Part shown: one piece after another, positions 25,608 through 32,475 of the stretch | Position numbering within the stretch: the first letter of the stretch is position 1 | Layout: each line of letters begins with the position of its first letter | NCBI GenBank assembly: GCA_964514525.1 | Contig: CAZEUJ010000001.1 | Location: forward strand, 1 to 32,475 | Length of the DNA: 32,475 nt | Source: an uncultured Dehalococcoidaceae bacterium | GTDB taxonomy: Bacteria; Chloroflexota; Dehalococcoidia; Dehalococcoidales; RBG-16-60-22 | Direction of reading: 5' to 3' | The notes under the pieces: generated by a model | What the model was told of the DNA's origin: nothing | The model's input: the letters and a program-made list of their open reading frames with translations, nothing else | The model's database searches: none | Translations under genes and position numbers: made by a program

Positions 25608-26345
25608 CTAATGTATATATTTCACAGCCAGCATGATAGAGATACCAATTAAGAAGATAGTAAAATGGACGGCTGATCTTTTTAAGCTAACCTGATGTTT
25701 GATTTCAGGAATAAGGTCGGCAGCGGCTATATAGATGAAATTTCCCGCAGCAAACGGCAGCAGGTAAATGATAGAAGTCTCCATGACAGAAGAAGCCAGG
25801 TAACCAACTATGCCGCCCAGAATTGCCGTTATCGCCGTGGCAAAATTGAACATGAGTGCCCGCTTTTTGGCAAAACCTCCGTAAACCAGCACGGCGAAAT
25901 CGCCCAACTCCTGCGGTATCTCGTGCAAGGCTACTGCCAGGGTAGTGGCGAAACCGAGATGGAAGCTGGTAACGAAGCTGGCGGCAATAATCAGACCATC
26001 GATAAAATTGTGCACGGCATCACTCACCAGAATCAAGTAAGAGAATGGCTTTACCTGTGGAGTTGCGGTGTGCTGGTGACGCCACTGTAGAAACTGCTCC
26101 AGCATGAAGAAAATGGAGAAACCCAGAAGCAGGTACAAAAATATTGCCAGGTCAGCGCCCTTCTCGGTAATAGCTTCAGGCAGCAGGTGCAGGAACGCTC
26201 CTCCCAATAATGCCCCCGTAGATAGCGCCACCAGCCCCAGCAGAACAATGTTCAGCAGTTCTTTTTTTAAAAATAGAGTAAGGACACCGGCGAAGGCGAT
26301 CAGGCTGATGATTACGGTCGCCACCAGGATTTGAACCAATGTCAT
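25608..26345 (-). CDS. ZIP-family divalent metal (Zn/Fe) transporter
   Basis: 245 aa, multi-span membrane protein. Signature HEIPQELGDF and HNFIDG motifs. Confidence 0.85.
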   Translation of the reverse strand: MTLVQILVATVIISLIAFAGVLTLFLKKELLNIVLLGLVALSTGALLGGAFLHLLPEAITEKGADLAIFLYLLLGFSIFFMLEQFLQWRHQHTATPQVKPFSYLILVSDAVHNFIDGLIIAASFVTSFHLGFATTLAVALHEIPQELGDFAVLVYGGFAKKRALMFNFATAITAILGGIVGYLASSVMETSIIYLLPFAAGNFIYIAAADLIPEIKHQVSLKRSAVHFTIFLIGISIMLAVKYIH

Positions 26346-26376
26346 AGAATCACCCGTTCATTCTGCTGATTTTTAA

Positions 26377-26670
26377 CTAAAAAGACCAATTATCGCGCCA
26401 CCTTTTATAATCCTCTTCTTGCGAATGTACCCTGGCGATATCCTCCTGCCGGAAACTATATCTATATTCAGCGCAATAGTCCGTGAGAAGCTTATATACT
26501 CTGTTTAACTTCTTCATCGTTTCCGTCTCACCGATATCGGCGCCGTTGTGCTTATCCGGGTGGTGGAGGTGGGCCAGCCTCCGGTAGGCCGCCTTTATTT
26601 CTTTAAGGGTGGCGGTCTCGCCGAGCCCGAGCAGCCTTCGCGCCCCGTCTATTTCATTGAAATCGACCAT
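26377..26670 (-). CDS. Stand-alone J-domain (DnaJ-like) protein
   Basis: 97 aa. LKEIKAAYRRLAHLHHPDKH contains the HPD tripeptide. No Gly/Phe or zinc-finger region follows. Confidence 0.75.
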   Translation of the reverse strand: MVDFNEIDGARRLLGLGETATLKEIKAAYRRLAHLHHPDKHNGADIGETETMKKLNRVYKLLTDYCAEYRYSFRQEDIARVHSQEEDYKRWRDNWSF

Positions 26671-26779
26671 ATCTCTTCTCCATGCCGGGTAAATAAAGTA
26701 AAGCCTTTATCCGCGGTCAGGCCATGCTTCCCGGTACCGGCCCCGGTATTTTTTTAATTATCGCGGCAGCCCCTTCTGA

Positions 26780-27061
26780 TTATTGTTTAATACCGGATGC
26801 TAACTGTAGTTTGGCGATACGCTCGATAAGGTCGTCCGCTTTTAGTTTTAATGAGCTAACGGTGATTGCCAGCTTTTCCCCCGATACTGCCGCCAGTTCA
26901 ACTATGGCACCTTGGGGGCATAATCCCAAACACAAGCGGCACCGGTTGCACAATCCCTGATTTATCCGCGCCTGTCCGTCAACTATGGAGATGGCCTGTT
27001 GCGGGCAGCCTTCAGCGCAACGCCCGCAGCCGATACATAAATCTGCCTGTATTTTTATCAT
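26780..27061 (-). CDS. 2x[4Fe-4S] ferredoxin-domain protein with helical C-terminal extension
   Basis: 93 aa. CIGCGRCAEGCP and CNRCRLCLGLCP motifs, then a ~40-aa Cys-free tail (KLAITVSSLKLKADDLIERIAKLQ). Confidence 0.8.
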   Translation of the reverse strand: MIKIQADLCIGCGRCAEGCPQQAISIVDGQARINQGLCNRCRLCLGLCPQGAIVELAAVSGEKLAITVSSLKLKADDLIERIAKLQLASGIKQ

Positions 27062-27077
27062 CTTGCTATCACTTATC

Positions 27078-27581
27078 CTATTTATAAATAACCGGTTTTG
27101 TGTTTTCCACGGGTTCTATTTTGTACAGTTTATCCTCGTATTCGATATGGTCGATATATAAAACGCCATTAAGATGGTCAATCTCATGCTCAAGAGCTTC
27201 AGCCATCAGTCCGGTGGCCTTGATTCTAACCGCCTTGCCCCGGCGGTCCTTTCCTTTAGCCGTGACTTCAGCTGACCGTTTTATCTCACCATAATATCCA
27301 GGTACACTCAAGCAACCTTCGGTAACTTCCTGTTCGCCGGAACGTTTGACAATTTCCGGATTAATGATAACCTGCGGTTCTTCACCGGGTATCTGTACGA
27401 CAATAACCCGCCAGGATTTACCCACCTGCGGTGCCGCCAGCCCAACACCGTTTGCGGACTGCATCGTTTCAATCATGTTATCAATGAGACGCTGGACCGA
27501 AGCATCAATAATGGAAATTCTCTTTGCCTTTTGCCTTAAAACGTTATCATTTGGTAATCTACATATCGGCAGGACGGTCAT
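27078..27581 (-). CDS. def: Peptide deformylase
   Basis: 167 aa. The three canonical motifs are [18 protein letters not shown] and HEIDHLNG. Confidence 0.93.
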   Translation of the reverse strand: MTVLPICRLPNDNVLRQKAKRISIIDASVQRLIDNMIETMQSANGVGLAAPQVGKSWRVIVVQIPGEEPQVIINPEIVKRSGEQEVTEGCLSVPGYYGEIKRSAEVTAKGKDRRGKAVRIKATGLMAEALEHEIDHLNGVLYIDHIEYEDKLYKIEPVENTKPVIYK

Positions 27582-27588
27582 GGACTTT

Positions 27589-28314
27589 TTACCTCCCGGA
27601 CAAAGCCGTATTTTTCTCCCGCTTCACCCCGACGATTATTGTGAATCCGGCGTCAGGGTAATAACCTTCCTTCGGTTCTTCCACGAACTGCATATCCCCT
27701 GGTCTTTGCATAAGTGTAGAAATCATGCCATCTCCCATAAAACCCGTTCTAAACATCAGCCTGACCACTTCATTACAACTGTAGAATTTTGCATATTTGT
27801 AGAAACGATGCCCTTTATCTTTCTTTTGCTGGTACAACTTGCCCCATGGGCTTTCCTGCAATACCAGGCCAAGTACTATTTTACCGCCAGTCTTTAAAAT
27901 ACGGTGGGCTTCCCTTAAAACTGGCAGCGGCGATTCCAGGAAGCAAAGAGTGACGATCAAAAACACCGTGCCGAAAGATTGCCCTTTAAAAATCTGTTCC
28001 TCTCCCCGTGCGAGGAATGCGTCTATTCCACGGCTTTTGGCAATTTCAATCAGCTTGCGGGAAGGGTCAATACCGGTTTCTATACCGAGAGCCTGGGCGA
28101 AGCGCCCGCTGCCGACACCTACTTCAAGCCACGGCTTCGGCAGGTAGGGCAGCGTTTTTCTAAGTGCTTCTACCTCGTTGGCGAAGATAAGGCTTCCTTC
28201 TCCGTCAAACCATGCATCATATTCCGCTGCCAGCTCATCAAAAGGAGAAAAACCGTTTTTCTCACCTGTTGAATGTATTGCGTTCAGGTTTGGCTCTTTT
28301 TCGGTTGGTATCAT
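27589..28314 (-). CDS. Class I SAM-dependent methyltransferase, substrate unknown
   Basis: 241 aa. Motif [11 protein letters not shown]. Post-I acidic residue and LKTGGKIV block. Confidence 0.75.
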   Translation of the reverse strand: MIPTEKEPNLNAIHSTGEKNGFSPFDELAAEYDAWFDGEGSLIFANEVEALRKTLPYLPKPWLEVGVGSGRFAQALGIETGIDPSRKLIEIAKSRGIDAFLARGEEQIFKGQSFGTVFLIVTLCFLESPLPVLREAHRILKTGGKIVLGLVLQESPWGKLYQQKKDKGHRFYKYAKFYSCNEVVRLMFRTGFMGDGMISTLMQRPGDMQFVEEPKEGYYPDAGFTIIVGVKREKNTALSGR

Positions 28315-28358
28315 GTCCGTCCCCTGTTTCTATGGTGCCGCTATGTATGCCGTGAAAT

Positions 28359-29327
28359 CTAACTTGATGACTTGACCCAGCATTGCGGCAGCCTCCGGGC
28401 ATAGAACTTTTTCCCCTGGTATTCTAATTCCATCAGGCTGCCATCATTAATCAACTCCCGGACAATTTCCCAGCCCTTATTGAGCCGGTTGAGCAATGCC
28501 GCTACCGCTTCCTCCCTCATAGGATGCACCGCCGTAATACTTAACAGGTCATCTACGACATTACCGGTGGAAGCAAAGGCATTTCCCTCGTACCCGATAA
28601 GATACTCGACCCGACTCAGCCTTTTACTGAAGATCTGATAGGCAGTGTTTAGGGTTTGTTCAGTGGCAGGCTTTATCCGTTCCGCCGGCGGCCTTGTCGG
28701 TACGGCCAGATACGCCTTGGCCGGCTTTAACTCCGCCAGGAATGCAGCTATTTTGTCTACCTCACAACCACCATCATTAACACCCCTGATGAGCATGGTT
28801 TCTGTGGTAAGTTCACCCTGAAACGATTTGGCAAAACCAAGAATCCCTTCCAGAATGGCATCGAGCTTTATTTTTTTTTGAGGCCTGTTTATACTGTGCC
28901 AGATGTCGGGTGTCACCGCGTCTACTTTCAGACAGACCCAGTCGGCTTTGTGTAAATCATGCCGTACGTCCTCGTGCCAGATGAGTGAAGCATTGGTAAT
29001 AACCGCGATCTTTATGCTCAAGGCCCGCACCAGCTCAATCTCTTTGCCAAGATTTATATCCAGGGTGGGCTCGCCATCGGGCACAAAGGCAAGATAATCT
29101 ATGGATTCACCAATATCTCTAACATTTTTAACCTTTTCGCCGACAAGACGCGATATATCAGGCGGTTGATAAAAGGCACACCGTTCTATGCGTTTATCTC
29201 TGGTTTTCCCCAATTGGCAGTAAATGCAGGAATAGGAACAAATTTTGGGCGGTATATTATTTATTCCTAGACTGCGCCCTAACCGCCTGGATGGAACGGG
29301 ACCATAAACAATAGAACCAGTCAACAT
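28359..29327 (-). CDS. Radical SAM protein (COG0731-like), function unknown
   Basis: 322 aa. N-terminal YGPVPSRRLGRSLGIN followed by a CxxxCxxC motif (CSYSCIYC). GTGGAGG SD. Confidence 0.8.
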   Translation of the reverse strand: MLTGSIVYGPVPSRRLGRSLGINNIPPKICSYSCIYCQLGKTRDKRIERCAFYQPPDISRLVGEKVKNVRDIGESIDYLAFVPDGEPTLDINLGKEIELVRALSIKIAVITNASLIWHEDVRHDLHKADWVCLKVDAVTPDIWHSINRPQKKIKLDAILEGILGFAKSFQGELTTETMLIRGVNDGGCEVDKIAAFLAELKPAKAYLAVPTRPPAERIKPATEQTLNTAYQIFSKRLSRVEYLIGYEGNAFASTGNVVDDLLSITAVHPMREEAVAALLNRLNKGWEIVRELINDGSLMELEYQGKKFYARRLPQCWVKSSS

Positions 29328-29428
29328 CCGGCCTCCACTGGCGGCGGCATCGACCTAATCATGGGTATTGCGTATTTCGTTAGTTACCTCCGTCAAATGA
29401 TTTTTTTATATTTAAATCAACATTTCTC

Positions 29429-29806
29429 TCAACTTAGCATCACGCATACGCTGTGGACTACTTTCAAATTGTTCTCATGGCAAAAAGCTATCGCCGTCTC
29501 GCTTTCAGAACCGGGCTGGAGCCAGATGCGATTCAATCCAAGGGATTTGCATTGTTTAAGGATTTCCTCCGTCGCTTTTGGCGGCACGATAAAATCCACT
29601 ACATCTACCTTGACGGGGACATCGGCAATAGTGGGGTAGCAATTCAAGCCTTCCACCTCTTCAAGCCGGGGATTTACCGGATAAACTTCATATCCCCGGT
29701 TTTTTAAGTTTTTTACTATCCGGTTGGCGTACTTTTGTGGATTATCGGTAGCGCCAATCACAGCGAATCTCTTCTGGCCCATGAATTCTTTAATCAGTTC
29801 CTGCAT
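29429..29806 (-). CDS. CoA-binding domain protein (YccU/YneT-like)
   Basis: 125 aa. FAVIGATDNPQKYANRIVKNLKNRGYEVYPVNP is the typical Rossmann-like CoA_binding N-terminus. Confidence 0.75.
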   Translation of the reverse strand: MQELIKEFMGQKRFAVIGATDNPQKYANRIVKNLKNRGYEVYPVNPRLEEVEGLNCYPTIADVPVKVDVVDFIVPPKATEEILKQCKSLGLNRIWLQPGSESETAIAFCHENNLKVVHSVCVMLS

Positions 29807-29883
29807 ACCGTTACCTCATTTATGCTTCTGATTACTTTATGAGGCTACTTAAGCTGAGGCATACTGCCTTAATGTTTGATGTT

Positions 29884-30066
29884 TCACGTGGGAACCTCTG
29901 GAGAACAGGAGTTGCCGGGAGATTTTGTGCAAAACATTGAAAAAACACGGCGCGGCTTTGCCACACCGCATCTGGGGCATTTTATTTCGCTATCGCTATC
30001 AGTTATGCTCCGGCGCACTTCAAACTTCTCGCCGCAGGCCTGACATTCATATTCATAAATAGGCAT
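29884..30066 (-). CDS. FmdB-type zinc-ribbon protein (CxxC...CxxC)
   Basis: 60 aa. MPIYEYECQACGEKFEV...KCPRCG is the hallmark of this zinc-ribbon family. Start lies 3 nt after the upstream ATPase gene. Confidence 0.75.
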   Translation of the reverse strand: MPIYEYECQACGEKFEVRRSITDSDSEIKCPRCGVAKPRRVFSMFCTKSPGNSCSPEVPT

Positions 30067-30069
30067 AGT

Positions 30070-30930
30070 TTATTCCTGCAACTTACGGGCAATTTTTTCC
30101 CACAGATTTTTTATTTCACCAGCTACTTTGCCGTCGGAATACTCAACTACGGATATTCCCTTGACCATCGCTTCAGTTACAACATTATCGAAGGGAATCA
30201 TAGCAACTACATCGATGCCATTCTCCCGGCAGTAGTGCTGAATGGCTTCGGTATTGTTTTCATTCAGGTCATACTTATTGATGCAAACCATAACAGGAAC
30301 GCCGAAATGTTTGCAGACGCCGAGCACTCTTTCCATATCATGTATGCCGGAAAGCGTCGGCTCGGTGACGATAAGAGCCAGGCTGACCCCGGACAAGGAA
30401 GATATCACCGGGCATCCGATGCCGGGAGGCCCATCGCTGATAATATAATCGAGCTCGTTTTTCTCGGCGAGTTCTTTGGCTTTTTGCCTGACCAGCGCCA
30501 CCAGCTTACCGGAGTTTTCTTGGGCAATTCCCAGGCGCGCGTGTACCAGAGGGCCGTGTTTGGTATCGGAAATAAACCAGTCTCCCGCCTTACACTCATT
30601 CATCGTAATCGCTTCTACCGGACAGATATGCGAGCAAAAACCGCAGCCTTCGCAGGAAATGGGGTCGACTTTATAATCATGGATAGCGTCAAAGCGGCAT
30701 AAATTCTGGCACAGGTCGCACTCGATACACTTATCCTTATCGATAACGGCCACCTGTCCGCTGCGGAACTCGTTTTTTTCTTTGACCGAAGGACTGAGCA
30801 GCAGGTGCAGGTCGGCGGCGTCGACATCGCAATCGGCCATTACCTTATTACAGGCGAGCGCGGCGAATGAGCCCACGATGCTGGTCTTACCGGTCCCGCC
30901 CTTACCGCTTAAGATAACTACTTCTTTCAT
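30070..30930 (-). CDS. MinD/ParA-superfamily P-loop ATPase with inserted 2x[4Fe-4S] ferredoxin domain (COG1149-like)
   Basis: 286 aa. Deviant Walker A SGKGGTGKTS. Inserted CIECDLCQNLC and CEGCGFCSHICP. DGPPGIGCPV block. Confidence 0.85.
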   Translation of the reverse strand: MKEVVILSGKGGTGKTSIVGSFAALACNKVMADCDVDAADLHLLLSPSVKEKNEFRSGQVAVIDKDKCIECDLCQNLCRFDAIHDYKVDPISCEGCGFCSHICPVEAITMNECKAGDWFISDTKHGPLVHARLGIAQENSGKLVALVRQKAKELAEKNELDYIISDGPPGIGCPVISSLSGVSLALIVTEPTLSGIHDMERVLGVCKHFGVPVMVCINKYDLNENNTEAIQHYCRENGIDVVAMIPFDNVVTEAMVKGISVVEYSDGKVAGEIKNLWEKIARKLQE

Positions 30931-31768
30931 TTACCGCCTCGCAAACCTTGTCGTAAAGCTTAATAAAGCTGCTCTTGTATTCGGGCATGCCTTCAACTAG
31001 CGGAATGCCTTGAGAGTATATTCTAGCGATTTTTGTATCCAGGGGGATCGTCAGCAGTATCGGGATATTCTCTTGAGCACAGTATTCTTCGGTCTTATTA
31101 TCGCCGACCCCGGCGCGGTTGAGAACAATGCCGCAGGGAATACTGAGCTGCCTTACTGTTTCCACCGCCAGTATCAGGTCGTTCAGGCCGAAAGGCGTCG
31201 GCTCGGTAACCAGCAGACAGTAGTCACTCCCTTTGATAGCCTCCACTACCGGGCAGGACGTTCCCGGTGAAGTATCGATGATAACTATATTTTCTTTATC
31301 AATAAGTTTCTTGACTTTCCTGATGACCGGCGGTGCCATCGGCTGGCCGATGGAAAGCTTGCCGTGACCGAATATCAGGCCGTTGGCCTGTCCTGTTTCA
31401 ACTATGCCTATTTTATTAGGTATCTCGGAGATAGCCTTCTCCGGACACAGGTAACCGCAGGCGCCGCAGCCGTGACACAGTTCAGGAAAGGTGAGAACAT
31501 ATTCTCCCATAACGGCGATAGCATGGTAAGCGCATACCTCGGCGCATTTACCGCAACGGGTGCATTTATCCTTATCTACCTCGGGGACCGGTATCGAGAC
31601 TGCTTCACTCCGAGTGATGGTAGGTTTAACTAAAATATGGTCATTCGGCTCTTCTACGTCACAATCGAGAAGCTGCACCCTGCATCTATCCTGTAAGGAA
31701 AGGGCCAGGCTGGTAGCCACCAGGGTCTTGCCGGTTCCCCCCTTACCACTGGCAACGGATATTATCAT
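30902..31768 (-). CDS. MinD/ParA-superfamily P-loop ATPase with inserted ferredoxin domain (COG1149-like), paralog
   Basis: 288 aa. SGKGGTGKT. CTRCGKCAEVC and CHGCGACGYLCP. DTSPGTSCPV. Overlaps the next gene by 29 nt. Confidence 0.85.
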   Translation of the reverse strand: MIISVASGKGGTGKTLVATSLALSLQDRCRVQLLDCDVEEPNDHILVKPTITRSEAVSIPVPEVDKDKCTRCGKCAEVCAYHAIAVMGEYVLTFPELCHGCGACGYLCPEKAISEIPNKIGIVETGQANGLIFGHGKLSIGQPMAPPVIRKVKKLIDKENIVIIDTSPGTSCPVVEAIKGSDYCLLVTEPTPFGLNDLILAVETVRQLSIPCGIVLNRAGVGDNKTEEYCAQENIPILLTIPLDTKIARIYSQGIPLVEGMPEYKSSFIKLYDKVCEAVNERSSYLKR

Positions 31769-31833
31769 CTTATAATCTTAACCTCTTACCATCTTTGCCC
31801 CGCATTCAGGGCAGTTGAAGTTGTAGCAGGGAA

Positions 31834-32451
31834 TTACTTGGTCTTCTTCAACTCTTCAATGCGCTGCTGGATTGCCTGCACCTGGCTGGCCAATGCCTGT
31901 GATTGCTCTTTAAGAGCTTCAATTTCCTGCTCCGGGCTCATCGCCTGCGGCGCCGGGGCATACTGGGACGTCATTCCGCCTCCCATTCCCATACCCCTGC
32001 CCATACCGCGTCCCATACCTCCACCCATGCCTCTGCCCATACCACGACCCATACCTCCGCCCATACCACGACCTACGCCGCCCCCTCCACCCATGCCATA
32101 GTGGTCCGGAACATTAGCCTGTTGAGACGCCGCATAGGTGCCGAGTTTGTATTCCGCAATAACATCTTTTACTTTTCCCGAAACGCCGGTTATCACCTTG
32201 ACTCCAGCCGATGAGAATACCTGATGAGCGTTCGGGCCGCAGTTGCCGGTGAGGACCGCCCCGATACCTTTTTTAACAACCATCTGGGCCGCCGAGATTC
32301 CGGCGCCGCCGGCAGCCGCGGCACTGGTGTTATCAACGGCCTCAAATCCATCGTTTTCCGTGTCAGCGATGATAAAGTACTGACATCGCCCGAACCGGGG
32401 GTCAACCTCGGCATCCGGTGTGGGACTCGTAGCAGAAATGGCTATTTTCAT
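31834..32451 (-). CDS. NifX/NifB-C-terminal-like (dinitrogenase FeMo-cofactor-binding fold) domain fused to a Gly/Met/Arg repeat and a coiled-coil tail (DUF5320-like)
   Basis: 205 aa. Residues 1-105 carry RFGRCQYFII, GGAGISAAQM and GIGAVLTGNCGPNA, typical of the Nitro_FeMo-Co fold. Residues 119-160 are GMGR-type repeats. Residues ~170-205 are a heptad-like tail (EIEALKEQSQALASQVQAIQQRIEELKK). AGGAG SD. Confidence 0.8.
   Translation of the reverse strand: MKIAISATSPTPDAEVDPRFGRCQYFIIADTENDGFEAVDNTSAAAAGGAGISAAQMVVKKGIGAVLTGNCGPNAHQVFSSAGVKVITGVSGKVKDVIAEYKLGTYAASQQANVPDHYGMGGGGGVGRGMGGGMGRGMGRGMGGGMGRGMGRGMGMGGGMTSQYAPAPQAMSPEQEIEALKEQSQALASQVQAIQQRIEELKKTK
31972..32097 (-). repeat. In-frame tandem repeat encoding (G-M-G-R/G)n low-complexity linker
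   Basis: The peptide GRGMGGGMGRGM occurs twice in tandem, followed by a partial copy. On the plus strand this appears as reiterated CCCATACC/CCCATGCC units. Confidence 0.8.
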
Positions 32452-32475
32452 ATATTACTCCTTATTCTTTTTCTC

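Noticed and set aside
26729-26757. Short hairpin (TACCG/CGGTA stem, 4-nt loop) followed by TTTTTTT on the plus strand
   Set aside because: It is oriented as a plus-strand terminator, but both flanking genes are on the minus strand and no credible plus-strand gene lies upstream. The stem is only 5 bp. It is probably fortuitous, or at most a stop for antisense transcription.
31771-31833. Mini reading frame on the minus strand encoding ...CYNFNCPECGAKMVRG-stop between the NifX-like gene and the first ATPase gene
   Set aside because: It looks like a zinc-ribbon knuckle, but there is no ATG/GTG/TTG start after the upstream in-frame TGA. Only about 20 codons remain. The same DNA supplies the SD (AAGAGG) for the ATPase gene. 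It may be a remnant and is not a supportable gene.
1-32475. Checked for CRISPR arrays, IS elements or transposases, integrases, toxin-antitoxin or restriction-type defence genes, and reductive dehalogenase genes
   Set aside because: No regularly spaced repeats, terminal inverted repeats or recombinase-like ORFs were seen. Every ORF longer than 150 aa that is not an antisense shadow has a metabolic, housekeeping or metallochaperone-like assignment.

Overview
Gene-dense 32.5-kb window with about 40 CDS, one tmRNA and one riboswitch. I saw no transposase, integrase, CRISPR array or rRNA/tRNA. Left third (1-10244, minus strand): a Wood-Ljungdahl carbonyl-branch plus formate-activation operon, in the order cooC, fhs, cooC, two tandem AT-rich lipoprotein paralogs, folD, a 72-aa ORF, acsD, cooS, acsB (cut by the left edge). 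Diverging from it across a ~400-bp control region is a four-gene operon of poorly characterised families: DUF1847-like Cys-rich protein, MTH1187/YkoF-type small protein, TSUP/TauE permease, COG1237-type metallo-beta-lactamase-fold protein. Next come a low-GC SAM methyltransferase with a near-consensus promoter, a TPP riboswitch with terminator controlling thiC, a convergent focA-type formate channel, an HtrA-type protease, an archaeal-style UDP-GlcNAc cluster (glmM, two NTP-transferase/LbH paralogs, glmS) and smpB-ssrA. Right quarter (24.7-32.5 kb, all minus strand, lower GC): a second MBL paralog, a ZIP transporter, a stand-alone J-domain protein, a ferredoxin, def, a SAM methyltransferase, a radical SAM protein, a CoA-binding protein, a zinc-ribbon protein, two MinD-type ATPases with inserted ferredoxin domains, and a NifX-like domain fused to a Gly/Met/Arg repeat and a coiled-coil tail. 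The gene content suggests a strictly anaerobic Chloroflexota (Dehalococcoidia-like) genome; this is inference only. Best candidates for undescribed biology: (i) the NifX-like fusion, twin ATPases and zinc ribbon, (ii) the DUF1847/MTH1187/TSUP/MBL operon divergent from the CODH/ACS genes, (iii) the AT-rich lipoprotein pair and the 72-aa ORF inside the Wood-Ljungdahl operon. All family assignments come from reading motifs by eye and from memory, not from searches.
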